A stretch of DNA of 64,000 nucleotides from Octopus vulgaris (lineage: Eukaryota): contig OX597821.1 of assembly GCA_951406725.2 (NCBI GenBank), positions 48,732,001-48,796,000 on the forward strand. Reading direction: 5' to 3'. Both the position numbers and the translations under genes were made by a program. The first letter of the stretch is position 1, and every line of letters starts with the position of its first letter. A model generated the notes under the pieces. It had not been told where the DNA came from. It saw only the letters and a list, made by a program, of their open reading frames with translations, and did no database searches. Shown here one piece after another: positions 52,913 through 64,000 of this stretch.

Positions 52913-54920
52913 TGCCTGACAGACATGATTAGTATGGTGTGTAACACCACCAGTGGCCAGGTTGTCACTCATCTGTCTCGCTTTATGACTACGAAGATGA
53001 CTCTTGAGTCCAGCTTTACTGAGGCAGGGTCTTGCACAGACACTGCATGTCAGCATCATAGGAAGACCCTTCCCACCTGGAAGTGTAACAGCGATGCCCT
53101 TCCTGACATCACCTCCTTACTTTCTCATGCACAACTCGAGATTTCTCAAAAGTAGCTGTCCCCTCAATAGCTATGCCCTCCGATGTGTCAGGAGAAATGC
53201 AAGCATTTCATAAGGAAGCCTTCAGCAAGTCCTTATACCTCTTTTTTGGTTTATGTGGGGGTCGTTCTCCTTTAGCTAACTCCCCATAAAAGAGTCGTTT
53301 TGGCATCCTTGAATCCTTCATCCTGACCACTCCTCCATCTGAGCCTTTGCTTTAACATAAGAGCTTCTATACTTTCACACCGAGAGCCTTCCAATATTTC
53401 AAGATCACTGATGCGGTCCTCACACTTAATGCCATAGATCCGTCTGAGACACATCTGATGGAAACGTTCCAGTTGTTTAAAGTGGTATCGATATGAGACC
53501 CACGTCTCATATAGAGAAGAGAAGGGAGCACACATGCCTTGTACACCTTTATCTTTGTCTTTCTGCATATGTCTCGCCGACTCCAGAGGCGCCTTTCTAG
53601 CCTTCCGAAAGGATCACTTGCTTTCCTAATTATGTGTGGAATTTCATCATCCAAATTGCTAAATCTATTAACAGTGCTTCCCAGGTAGACAAACTGATCA
53701 ACTACATCAAGTCGTTTACCATACACATAGATATTTGGTACACTATACTGCTTACCAGGGGCAGTTTGGTACATGACAACAGTTTTCTTGAGACTCACTG
53801 TCAATCCTAAGGCAGTGCAAGCATCAGAGAGTGCATTCAAAATGTGTTGCATATCAATCTCTGTGTGCGCTACTAGATCACAATCATCTGCATACAAAAG
53901 GTCTCTTATGATAGAGGTAAATACCTTTGTTTTTGCAGCAAAGCACCTGATATTAAATATGCTGCTAGAGGTAAACACCATATCTACAGTTTCTGAATGC
54001 AATATAAACACCATATCTACAGTTTCTGAATGCAATATAGAAAACCATCGCAAAATATATGGCAAATAGGGTCAGTGCCAGAATATCTCCCCGTTTCACT
54101 CCATTTTGTATTGAAATGGGCTCTGACATTTTCCCCTCTAACATTAACCCTACCCTTCATGTCTTCATGAAAAGACCTAACCAAAGCAAGGAACTTTTGA
54201 GGACAGCCAAGTTTCTGGAGGACTTTCCACAATGCTTTTCTATTAATGGTATCAAAGGCTTTTGTCAGATCGACAAAAACCTGATACAAATCCAGACCCT
54301 GTTCCACACACTTCTCCTGAAGCTATCTAGCTGAAAAGATCATATCAGCAGTGCCACATCCCACATGAAAGCTAGATTGACTTTCTGGAAAAACACAATC
54401 TGCAACGTGCTTCAGCAGACAATCCAGAAGTATTCTGCATAAAACCTTTCCTATGATAGAAAGCAATGATACTCCCCTATAGTTACCACAATCATTCCTG
54501 TTGCCCTTTCCCTTATTCAAGACCACAGTTACTGTATCTCTCCAGTCCTCAGGTACAGATTCACTAGTCCATATCTTACCAAACAAAGAGTGAAGTTACT
54601 GCAGAAGTTTCTCACCGCCATGCTGTAACAACTCCGCATGTATGCTATCCATACCCGGAGATTTCCCATCATTCATCCTTGAGACAGCCACTGCAACTTC
54701 CTCCAACTTTGGTGGTTCTGCGAGTGCTGCCTTCATGGGTAATCCAGGGATGAGATTGAGAACATCCTCACTAACTACAGACTACTGATTCAAAAGTTCA
54801 TCAAAGTGTTCTTGCTACCATCGCAGAATTCCTTGTGAATCACGAAGAAGTTCTTTATCATCCCTGCTTCGAAGTGGTGTCATCAGAGAAGACGTCGGTC
54901 CATAAACTTCCAGTATGCCT
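52913..54920 (-). mobile_element. Second RTE-clade (BovB/RTE-1-like) LINE, decayed RT to C-terminus
   Basis: KGKGNRNDCGNYRGVSLLS, FVDLTKAFDTINR, LLYADD, FVYLGS, C-terminal CSVCARPC..GLKSH. 33-bp tandem duplication at ~53972-54040. Confidence 0.92.
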
Positions 54921-54924
54921 CAAA

Positions 54925-56060
54925 ATTATCATCAATTGTTGCAAACATCATCTAAAGTCAGGAAGTTGATTGTTGCTAACTACTGTTCTGTTCAACTTCT
55001 TAGCTCGGTACTGGCATTTTCATGTGCTAACATTGTTTGCAAACTGAGCAACTGTGCTTTTTGTAGGAACACCACCTAACATAATGCCAGTAACCACACT
55101 GTTAGTAAGTTGGTGGTTTAGATTCCTCAGCACCTGCTGGAATCAGCACTGCCATAAGGTCATCTTGGTGATATTCAAGGTAGGGGGTTGGATGATAGGT
55201 GTGCCAACACTCTGTTGTACTTGATACTTAGGTGTTGGTACTCATGTAATTGTTTGCAGCATTTCTGGAGACTGTTCAAGTTTGTTCAATAACCTATTTC
55301 CTACACCACTGGTGATATGTGAAGGCACATGGCTCAGTGGTTAGAGTGTCGAGCTTACGATCGTGAGGTTGTGAGTTCGAATCCCAGATTGGGCTGCGTG
55401 TTGTGTTCTTGAGCAAGACACTTTATTTCACATTGCTCCAGTTCACTCAGCTATAGAAATGAGTTGCGACGTCGCAGGTGCCAAGCTGTATCGGCCTTTG
55501 CCTTTCCCTTGGATAACACTGGTGGCGTAGAGAGGGGAGGCCGGTATGCATGGGCGACTGCTGGTCTTCCATAAACAACCTTGCTCAGACTTGTACCTGG
55601 GAGGGTAACTTTTTAGGTGCAATTCCATTGTCAGTTATGACCAAAGGGGGTCTCAGCACAGACGATATGTGACTCTAAGCTGCAAATGAAAATCAAGCAT
55701 CAGAACTGGTCTTCAAACATAGCTTGAACTGTTTGCATTTAAGACTTGCAAAAGTGATACAGTCTTCCCTTTCATAAACAGGTATCAAATATCGAACAAC
55801 AAGGAACACTCACTAAAGATTTCTGACAGTTGTTGCACAGTGTGGTCAAAAGTCAAATCCCTTGTATTCCATGGTAGAATAAAATAGCAACATGTTGTGT
55901 TCTGGTGTGCCAGGTTTCCTCAAGAGTAGCCTAACTTGCTATACATCTTCCTTGTATTTCAGTTCAATTTCTAAAATACCTTCAAATCTTTTGAACCACA
56001 TGACAAAACACATACTTGCATCAGGATAATAGAATTATGTGACAACCGTTTTCAGTTATG
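54925..56060 (-). mobile_element. Decayed Ty3/Gypsy (Mag-like) gag fragment interrupted by a SINE
   Basis: WFKRFEGIL...VRLLLRK, DLTFDHTVQQLSEIF, CLIFICSL, RLLNKLEQ and Cys/His knuckle remnants. Confidence 0.65.
55323..55663 (+). mobile_element. tRNA-derived SINE with 9-bp TSD
   Basis: TGGCTCAGTGG A box, GAGTTCGAATCCC B box. gatatgtga at 55314-55322 and 55664-55672. Confidence 0.88.
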
Positions 56061-56682
56061 TCAGTGACTTGACTTGATGACTAAATTATCTTTTGCTTGG
56101 TCAACACCATGATCAGCCACATTTGAGTCACTTCAAACTGAAACTGCTGCATCTTCAAAATTGCTCCCAATTGTTCATTAGTCACACATATTTTGACTGG
56201 TTTAGCCATCCAGCAAAACAATTTTTCCTTTGTATAAATGATAGAATAATTTCGCAAATTAAATTTACAGTTACCATTCATATACTTAGTAGCTTAGGGT
56301 AATCTCATCCTTGTCATCAGATTTGCCATATTTTGCTGAAAGGAGGGTCTCTCAGTAATGAGAAATGAATCAAATATATAAAATTTTATAAGTAACAGAG
56401 CAATTTGCAAATGCGAGTGGTGGAGCTCTGTCATCAAGAACATATTCTTGCTTTTTATTGTAGCAGATGCTGTGAATAGTCCATTGTTTGGGTTAACTCA
56501 CTTTTGTATAATTTTTGACTGCCAGCACAATAGTAGTAAAGAATGCTCAATCCAAAACATTGACGGTTCAAATTCATCTGACAAGACTAGTATTAGTAAT
56601 CTATTTTTATTTAAAAACAGGAGGCAGTTTTAGTGGCATACTTCTTTAGTTATACTCAGAACTGATGTTCCTGACAATAAAC

Positions 56683-56912
56683 CACAAGATTATAATATAG
56701 AGTTTTTTACAGGGCGTATTATAGATTATAGAATGTCTCTAAATAGATGTCTGTAAATCAAGCTTATACAATATCTCTCAATGTATATAAACCAACTAGA
56801 ATATAGAATTCCTCTGACTGGGGATATATAAAGCAACAAGATTACAGAATGTTTCTGACTGGGTGTATATAAACAAGATTATAGAATGTCTCTGATTGGA
56901 TGTATACAAACC
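56683..56912. repeat. Degenerate ~40-bp minisatellite
   Basis: About six caagattatagaatgtctctgactgggtgtatataaac-like units. Confidence 0.75.
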
Positions 56913-57289
56913 AGCATGGTCAAAGAAATATATATTTTTATTCCTCAAATTTTGAAAATTACTTCACTTTCTCAAAACCAATGCCAACAAAATGGTATAA
57001 AGACAAATATATAAACAACATAGAAGAAAATTCTTAATCCATTCTTTTCTTCGTTTCTTTAACTTACAATGTCATATAAAGTCTGTCATTGTATTTGAAT
57101 GTGTGTACACACACACACATAGAAATCCCAACTATTTGTGAACAGAAGTTCAAGGGGTCATAAGTGGAATATGATCTAATGCAATGCTATGAGGCAGGCA
57201 CCAAATTTTAACTTATTTCACTTCAAAATTTACTGACAATATCAACATGGTTATCTCCCCCTGCTCTAAAACAGGAAATAATAGCACAC

Positions 57290-58230
57290 CATGCTTATTG
57301 TAGTAGCCAGCAACCTCAATGGCATGGAGATCACCAGCTTTGTATTTCATGTTCAGGGTTGGGAAGGTCTTCCTACTTTGGTGGAACATGTCAGAGAAAC
57401 AGTGTCATCAGAAATTATCAGGTTGGCCAAGTTTGTCCAGCAGGTTTAGGACATAATCAATGGCTGCCCCAGCAGGTCAATGAGAGCCATGGCTGAGCAG
57501 CTCAAGGTGACAGGGTTTACTATCAGACATAGAGCAAACAAGAACATCAGCTCCAAATCTTGTGATGATGAGGGTCGTTCATGTACAGTAAAAGTCAAAC
57601 TGGCTATGTGATCCAGTTGAAAGACCTGCTGAACAAACTCAAGAAAACCTCATGCTCTAATTCTCTGTTGAGGGGAACTTTCATTGAAAACAAGAGTGCA
57701 GGAAAATGATAGGTGGTTCTATATGGACATTATTGTAGCCAACTCTGTAGGTGATAAAACAATGATATATATATATATATACACCCATTTGTACATCATT
57801 TCTCAGTCCTAGAGCTCATAAGCAACAAGAACAATGTCACACAGGGACTAATGGTCAAAACTACTGCTTACATCAAGGTGCTGCACATGATGGCCAAACA
57901 TTGCATCAAGTAACTGGCCAAGATGGGAACTGTTGTGCATGTTCTAACAGAACTTTGCTTTCTACCACCCTCATCAACCTGAAATGGCTGGCCAAGAATT
58001 TTTAGGTCACCCCTCTCCAATACCCCAAATTTGTGACTTCCTAACTCTCCCAATATAAAACACTGGATTTGTGTATCAGGATATTATAAGAGGGAAGAAC
58101 TAACCGATAGACCCACTTTGCCAAGGACTCATTAGGAGCTGCTACTGTTGGCATGAAAGACAAGGACAACCTGATCCTGAAATGCCATTACTGCACTGGC
58201 TGTCATTAGAACTAAAGACAGTTTTGTTAA
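57290..58230 (+). mobile_element. Highly decayed Tc1/maT-like transposase relic
   Basis: PNL*LPNSPN remnant of WPPNSPD at ~58025, and layout similar to the 34746 relic. Confidence 0.45.
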
Positions 58231-59744
58231 ATGACTCATTTCTTTAATGCATCTTGTTGAATGTGGAATTTTTCTGAGAACAGTTTGTTTTGTTTTCAGT
58301 TTGACAGCTTTGCTTTACCTTATATTTGGTTTTAATATCAGTACTTGGTGTACTCTACATATATCTTCCAAGAAATCTCTTTGCAAATAAAACTTCTTAG
58401 AAATTTCAAATATACTTTCCTAGGAAGAGGTGGTTGAGCACCATTTACAAATATATTATTTATAGAGTCATCAATGCTCACCAATGTCATTTTTATGGAC
58501 CAAATTATCAACACTTTAGTATTTGGTTGGTCATTCTCTAGCAACTTACAACACTTGCATTCACAATTAGTATTTTCATCCAAGCTGTTTATTAAAGATG
58601 TATTGTTCTTTAGAACCTTGTCATTTCCTGGCTTTATATTATTAGGACATCAATAAAATGTAGCTGCTCTGAATAATGAGTTCACTTTTCAATGAGTCTA
58701 ATGCAGGTCCCTGACAATTTTTTTTTTTTTGTAGAAGTCAAATTACTTGAGACCAACTAACAAGTACTTCACATGTTTATGATTATAACTACCACTCTTT
58801 TTGGCACTTTCAAGCATTTTTTCAATATATATTTGAAGGTATGTACCTAAGTTCTAAACAGCATAGTTTTCCTTACCAAATTCTCCCACATATTCTCCAT
58901 GGTTATTGTCTTAGATTATTGTATGTTCAGCTAATCCATTGTATTATTGCTATTTGCTATTTATACAATAACGTGTCATCATTTAGTGTATCTCATCTAT
59001 CTTATAGAGGTCATATTTACATCCAAATAATATTGTAGCTGTACAAGGTCCTTTTCCAACAGAATAATGAAGTTCCCACAATGAACTGCAAAACCTAATA
59101 CAGATCATGTAACCATTGTGTTAAATCAAATATGTGAAAACTAGCAATGCGACAACATATAATGTCCACAAGTGAGTCAGTTCACAGCCATGTCTGAAAG
59201 AATAAATTTAGCAAAAGATATTCTATAAATAATACGGAATTCTTCTAACAAAAATGTCAAACATATGGCTTGCCAATCTCCACAGAAATGGTAACTTTTT
59301 TTCATCAGTGAGAGAAAGTTCAATAATAGTCCTTGATTAGCTTCTATTTATAATAGGCTCGTCGCGTCATTTCTATGAGCTAATAACTGCACAGTGTAGA
59401 ATGAAACATGGAAAATGACTTTTCTCTGACAGTCTGTAAAGTTTATCAGTAGAGAAGTGAGAAAAAGTCAAAGTTTTTTTTCCAAAATATTAATTAGCTT
59501 CTAAACAGTATAAGGGATAATAATTGCTATGTATGTCTGTTGTTGGAGAATGGTCATGAGTCTAGTTAAAGTGGAATTAAGGGATCTGCAAGAGCAATCT
59601 GGACCATAGTATCAGCAAAGAAACAATATTAAAGGAATGTGTGGCAGTAAACTCACAAGCACGTTTAGTAACACTGAGAAAGTTTACATTTCTATCAAAT
59701 AAGACGAAGTAATAAATATGAAAGTTTGTTGTCCATAGATATCT

Positions 59745-59960
59745 ATGAGTGTAGGAAGATAATACAGATCATCTATGTGAAGATATGTAATACTGGTTAT
59801 CAGAGTTTGTGTGCGAAGGTAATACACAGAATGTGTATGGAGGGGTATGTAATACACAGGGTACCTTGTGTGGGAAGGTGAATAGTACACAAGGTATTTC
59901 TGTGAGGGAAGAAATATAGTACACAGGGTCTCTATGTATGGGAAGGTACGTAATATACAT
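59745..59960. repeat. Degenerate ~32-bp minisatellite
   Basis: tgtatgggaaggtatgtaatacacagggt-like units. Confidence 0.7.
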
Positions 59961-60154
59961 TGGGTGGTTACGTATGAAGACATCCATTCAGTTACTGCGT
60001 TATAAATGTAAATAATATCGTAGTCGTTGTAAGACAACCAAACACACATACACACACAATAAAAAGAATGTTGATAAAACCACAATACACATTTACATAC
60101 AACCGTTTCTGGGAACCTCTTGTAAATATATTTTAATACTGAACAAGTACTTAC

Positions 60155-60235
60155 ACTAGTTTTACAACCAGAATCGGGATGAAATCTTGTAAAGTTGTGT
60201 TCATTGTAACAAGGCAATCCTTTTAGAAATTCCGC
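60155..60235 (-). CDS. DDA1: DDA1 exon 2
   Basis: gccag/GTAAGT boundaries, 81 nt, reading [27 protein letters not shown] (compare [27 protein letters not shown]). Confidence 0.96.
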
Positions 60236-61285
60236 CTGGCATTATAAAGACAGAAAAGAAGTCCAATGAATAACAGATCGATCCATCGTTTATATAAATA
60301 TATATAATGTACAATTATGATAACGAACGTATAATTAAGGTGACAGAAATAGATTATTAAACTGTAAAAGGACGATCTGAAAGGGTAAATTCTTCAAATT
60401 TGTTATTACGTGTTTATTCAATACTGTCACTATATCACATTCACTGAAGACTTAGTCTTCGATGGTTCCCTTATGCCACCTCCCCACTATGTCGGAGTTT
60501 TTTTTCTTTTTTTTTCCAAGACTTCCTTTAACTTTGGACCTTAAAATGTAAAAATAGGTTTTTCTCTCACTAAGAATGTGAAAACATGGTAAATGAAGGG
60601 CGAAAATGTCTAGATCACCAAACTGTGTGTTTAATAAATAAATGTTGTGACGAGTAATGGTTAACGAAATCCGTGGAGTTTTAGAATAACTGTCCTTCGA
60701 ATTCACATACCTCATGTGAAAAGAGAACATTTCCACCCCGTGATGTTTTACTATTTTTGCATTTCATACAGCGGAAATTAGGATTCCGAATACATTTTTC
60801 CTTTCAAAAAATTTCTCCACCCCCGATTCCTTTCTCATGGAGTACAGAACTTCAAGGAAATGGTACACCAAAACTCCGCCCCGAATTCTGTTTAATACAT
60901 AGAACACGCGCGCGCGCACATATATGTATATATAGGTGTGTGTACATATGACATAAAGCGACTCAACTGGTTAGAAATAGCAGATAAATTCTCTCGTAAT
61001 GTCTTAAAAAATAATGGGCAAAATGGCTAATGTATCTTAGATATACAAGAGCCCGGTTGTTCAGGTTTAGAACGAGTAGATCTTTTAAAACAGAGCTGAC
61101 CTGGGGCTTAAACAACGACTTAATGACTCGGTAATTGATGCAAGACATGCGTATATACGGGTACACATATATACATTATACATACATGCACACACACACG
61201 ATATGAGAGAGAGGGGTGGTTTATTGAAAAGAAGTCATTCAGACAATATATCTGTTAGTTCATTAACTGACCCATGTCCACTTAC

Positions 61286-61288
61286 CAT
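61286..61288 (-). CDS. DDA1: DDA1 exon 1 (start codon only)
   Basis: ccaacATG|gtaagt. Phase 0 joins exon 2 and gives a 306-nt CDS (101 aa). Confidence 0.8.
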
Positions 61289-61818
61289 GTTGGTCGTTCG
61301 GTGTTGTTGGTGATGATGGAGTGTTTTAATGGTCTAAGACAACTCCAAAATACTCCTCCTTAGGCGATGTTAATTATTTACAATACAAACAGGAGAGGCA
61401 GTCAGTTATCTCCGAATCGATAAGCTGACCGTTGGAAGAAGATACAGCGACCATGTCAACCTACAAGACATTTAAGTTGACAAATGATTGAACACGCCAA
61501 AAAAAAACGATAGTGTAAATTGTTCCAGAGAAGAACGTTGTCGATGTGTTTCTTATATATGTTGTGTATGTATATAAATATGTGTGTGTAAATATATATA
61601 TATGTTCCTATATCTCAGCTGCTTCGTCTTCTTCTGGAGACATTATATTGCTACAATCAGAACCAATGTGCCTGGTTGTGATACACAACTACGTCACATA
61701 TATCGACGTACATAAACTCATGACAAAACAATTTTTGACATAAACATTTTCCACATGCGTTCACAGAAATCTATGACGTAATTAGATTGTGTGGTATTCT
61801 CTGCAGAATCGGGACAAA
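61289..61818. promoter_or_regulatory. Shared bidirectional promoter/5' UTR region of DDA1 and COPS2
   Basis: Divergent start codons are 530 bp apart, no TE is recognisable between them, and CpGs are retained. Transcription start sites cannot be placed from sequence. Confidence 0.65.
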
Positions 61819-61866
61819 ATGTCGGACTCGGACTTTATGTGCGATGACGATGAAGAATACGATCTG
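61819..61866 (+). CDS. COPS2: COP9 signalosome subunit 2, first coding exon
   Basis: MSDSDFMCDDDEEYDL|gtaaat matches the CSN2 N-terminus MSDMEDDFMCDDEEDYDL, ending at a donor. No further exon was recognised in the window. Confidence 0.85.
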
Positions 61867-64000
61867 GTAAATAACAAGCACATTCATCGCTCTCTTCCTT
61901 TTATTTTGGATGTGCAATTTCATCATTGTCCTGTTTACCTTTACAAGCCATTTAAAAAAAAAGTTTTTGCCTTGTATATTTATCTCTTTGCACTTTCTCT
62001 TCACCTCGCATTGCACCGGTTTTTACTCTCTTTTATCAACCATGTTTATCTTTTACACCTTAATGGAATATATACATACGCACACACACACAGATTTGTG
62101 TATTTATAAATTGTATTGTCTAATATGTTTGAAGTCCCTTACAATCCTCGAACCGATATATGTGCGCGCGCGCACACCTGGCTAGAATCTCCTTGCTGTC
62201 CAGTTACTTTAATATTTCATTCTTTGAATATTGTCTTGTTACAATTACACTTTTTTTTTCTTTTTCTTCAATGAATTACCTAAACAGGTGATAAGATGAA
62301 TCCGTTTTACCCCTCTTAGAGCTAAACTCTGATGAGCATCTTCCCGTTACCAATTCTCTTCTTTTTATGTATCTGAGACCACTTTGGTCAGTGTGTTTCT
62401 TTCTTTTTTTCTTCAAGACGGCAAGATGTGATTTAAATGAGATTTAGCAGCTATTTCTTGTACGACCGCGATCTGTTTAAGATGTCTTAAGTCTATTCTA
62501 ATTCATTATATCGTTTATTTTTTAATTCTTGTTGTGAAGTCATATTCACCTACAATATAACCACCATAGCAAAATCACTTTCATATCGTTATTTTCACAA
62601 GACCAAATCTGATCCTTAGTCGCAGTAAGTAGTAACTTACTGCGACTAGTGACTATCTCAACTGCAACATCTAATTTATTAGAAATATGTAATGACACTT
62701 TATTTATGTATGCGGCAAATCAACAGAAATGATGCAGATTGAAATAGCTTGCATTATTTACAAATCTCACAACTTGGCCATCCGTCCATCCAAGGTTGAT
62801 ACAAAATATTCCCTTTCGTTTCATTTGTGAATGTTATAAAAACTGAGAACGATTCAGAGAAAAAGAATCCAATTTTCAAAAGTAAGCTGTCAGTGTTTGA
62901 ATTTGATAAATGGAAATTGAGTGGAAGCTTGTCGTGTAGACATGTAACATCATCATCTTTAAGTTTGGTCATTGGGCAGTTCAACAGAATCCATAGTGTC
63001 AGAGGACTTGCGTCATGCTTCAGAGGTTGCAAGAATATGGAATGAAATATGGGCAAGAGATATGTGTGTTTGTCCCTACCACCACTGAATAAATACAGGA
63101 ATTGATTTGTTCAGCTAAACCATTCAAGGCTGTGCCTCAGCATGACCACAACCTAGCGACTAAAACGGTTACATGACTTTTGTGTTCCTCTCAAAAAATA
63201 TTTGAGACAACCTAAAATTTGGCATTGCTAAGGTAATTTACAATGAAGTACTGGTATCAGTTTGGCACTACTTCCACCTATTCATTATTATTTAACGTCT
63301 ATGTACCGTGCTGGTAGGAGTTGGATGGTTTGACAGGAATCCAAAGACTTCATTCGAGCTCATGTCTGCTTTGGCATGGTTTTTACAGCTGGATACCCTT
63401 CCTGATACCAACCACTTTAGAATGTGTGCTGGGTGTTTTTTCGTGCTACCTGCACTATTGAGTTTGCCATGCAGTTTGCAAAAGTATGAACCGTGGGGAG
63501 AGGAGCAGCTTCATGTTATGGGATGAAAGGATTACTATGAGAAGTGTATGACTATTTACATCTAGTAGGGGGGAAAAGAGGTGGCGTGAGTGAGAAAATT
63601 ATGGTGATAAGGTATCCGGCACAGGCTGAGTAGAAGTGGGTGGTTGATTTGCAAGATTATATGGAAAGATGAATTAGGAATGGGGATGCAAAACTGTCGA
63701 AGTAAATGGGGTTGAAGAGTGGTTGAGACAGGAACCATGAGCTGGAGAAGATAAAGGGATGCAAAAGAATGGGAGATGGTAAGTTACAGGGGCTAGTGGG
63801 TAGCCAACGAAAGATATATGGTGGGGTAATCTGTAAAACTGGTGGGAGGGGAAAGAGTCATGGTAGTGGAGAGGAGCGTTACTGTAACAGATGGAGAACA
63901 CAAGACGTGAGGCTTCCAGAATTTGGTTTTACTGAGGAGGGCACATCTTTTTGAGAACCTTAAATGACAAAAGATCCTGGTCCTTTGACCTCTCATCTAT

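Noticed and set aside
55323-55400. Functional tRNA gene (also 16099, 27495, 39188)
   Set aside because: No proper acceptor stem or terminator. Each continues into a SINE body, some with a TSD.
59684-60217. 177-aa ORF as a single gene
   Set aside because: Only 60155-60235 is DDA1 exon 2. The rest is intronic read-through across a minisatellite.
62329-62400. CTGATGAG as a hammerhead core
   Set aside because: No GAAA box or closing stems follow. It is part of an old dispersed repeat.

Overview
This is AT-rich, microsatellite-dense animal DNA. The SINE families and repeat landscape suggest a coleoid cephalopod such as Octopus; that is an inference, not a database result. Three host genes can be read through their splice sites. 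(1) A minus-strand secreted vWA-domain gene (signal peptide, vWA, Thr-rich linker, start of a Cys-containing module) with coding exons at 8271-8187, 6851-6553, ~3558-3404, 875-723 and 29-1. One expected vWA segment is missing. (2) A complete five-exon DDA1 on the minus strand (61288 to 33588, 101 aa). (3) The first coding exon of COPS2/CSN2 on the plus strand (61819-61866), head-to-head with DDA1. The rest is mostly transposon debris: mariner, Tc1/maT, hAT, Helitron, RTE, R4-like and Tx1-like LINEs, Gypsy gag, a Penelope-like element, tRNA-derived SINEs and MITEs, plus a 28S rDNA fragment. The most striking unannotated signal is a dense set of minimal type I hammerhead ribozyme motifs: three with an intact core, one partly decayed and several degenerate. 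They sit in small non-coding elements with Penelope-type direct and inverted repeat architecture, including a TSD-flanked tRNA-head plus hammerhead unit at 39009-39416 and a 546-bp retrozyme-like unit at 17463-18527. Most ORFs in the supplied track are microsatellite or repeat artefacts.
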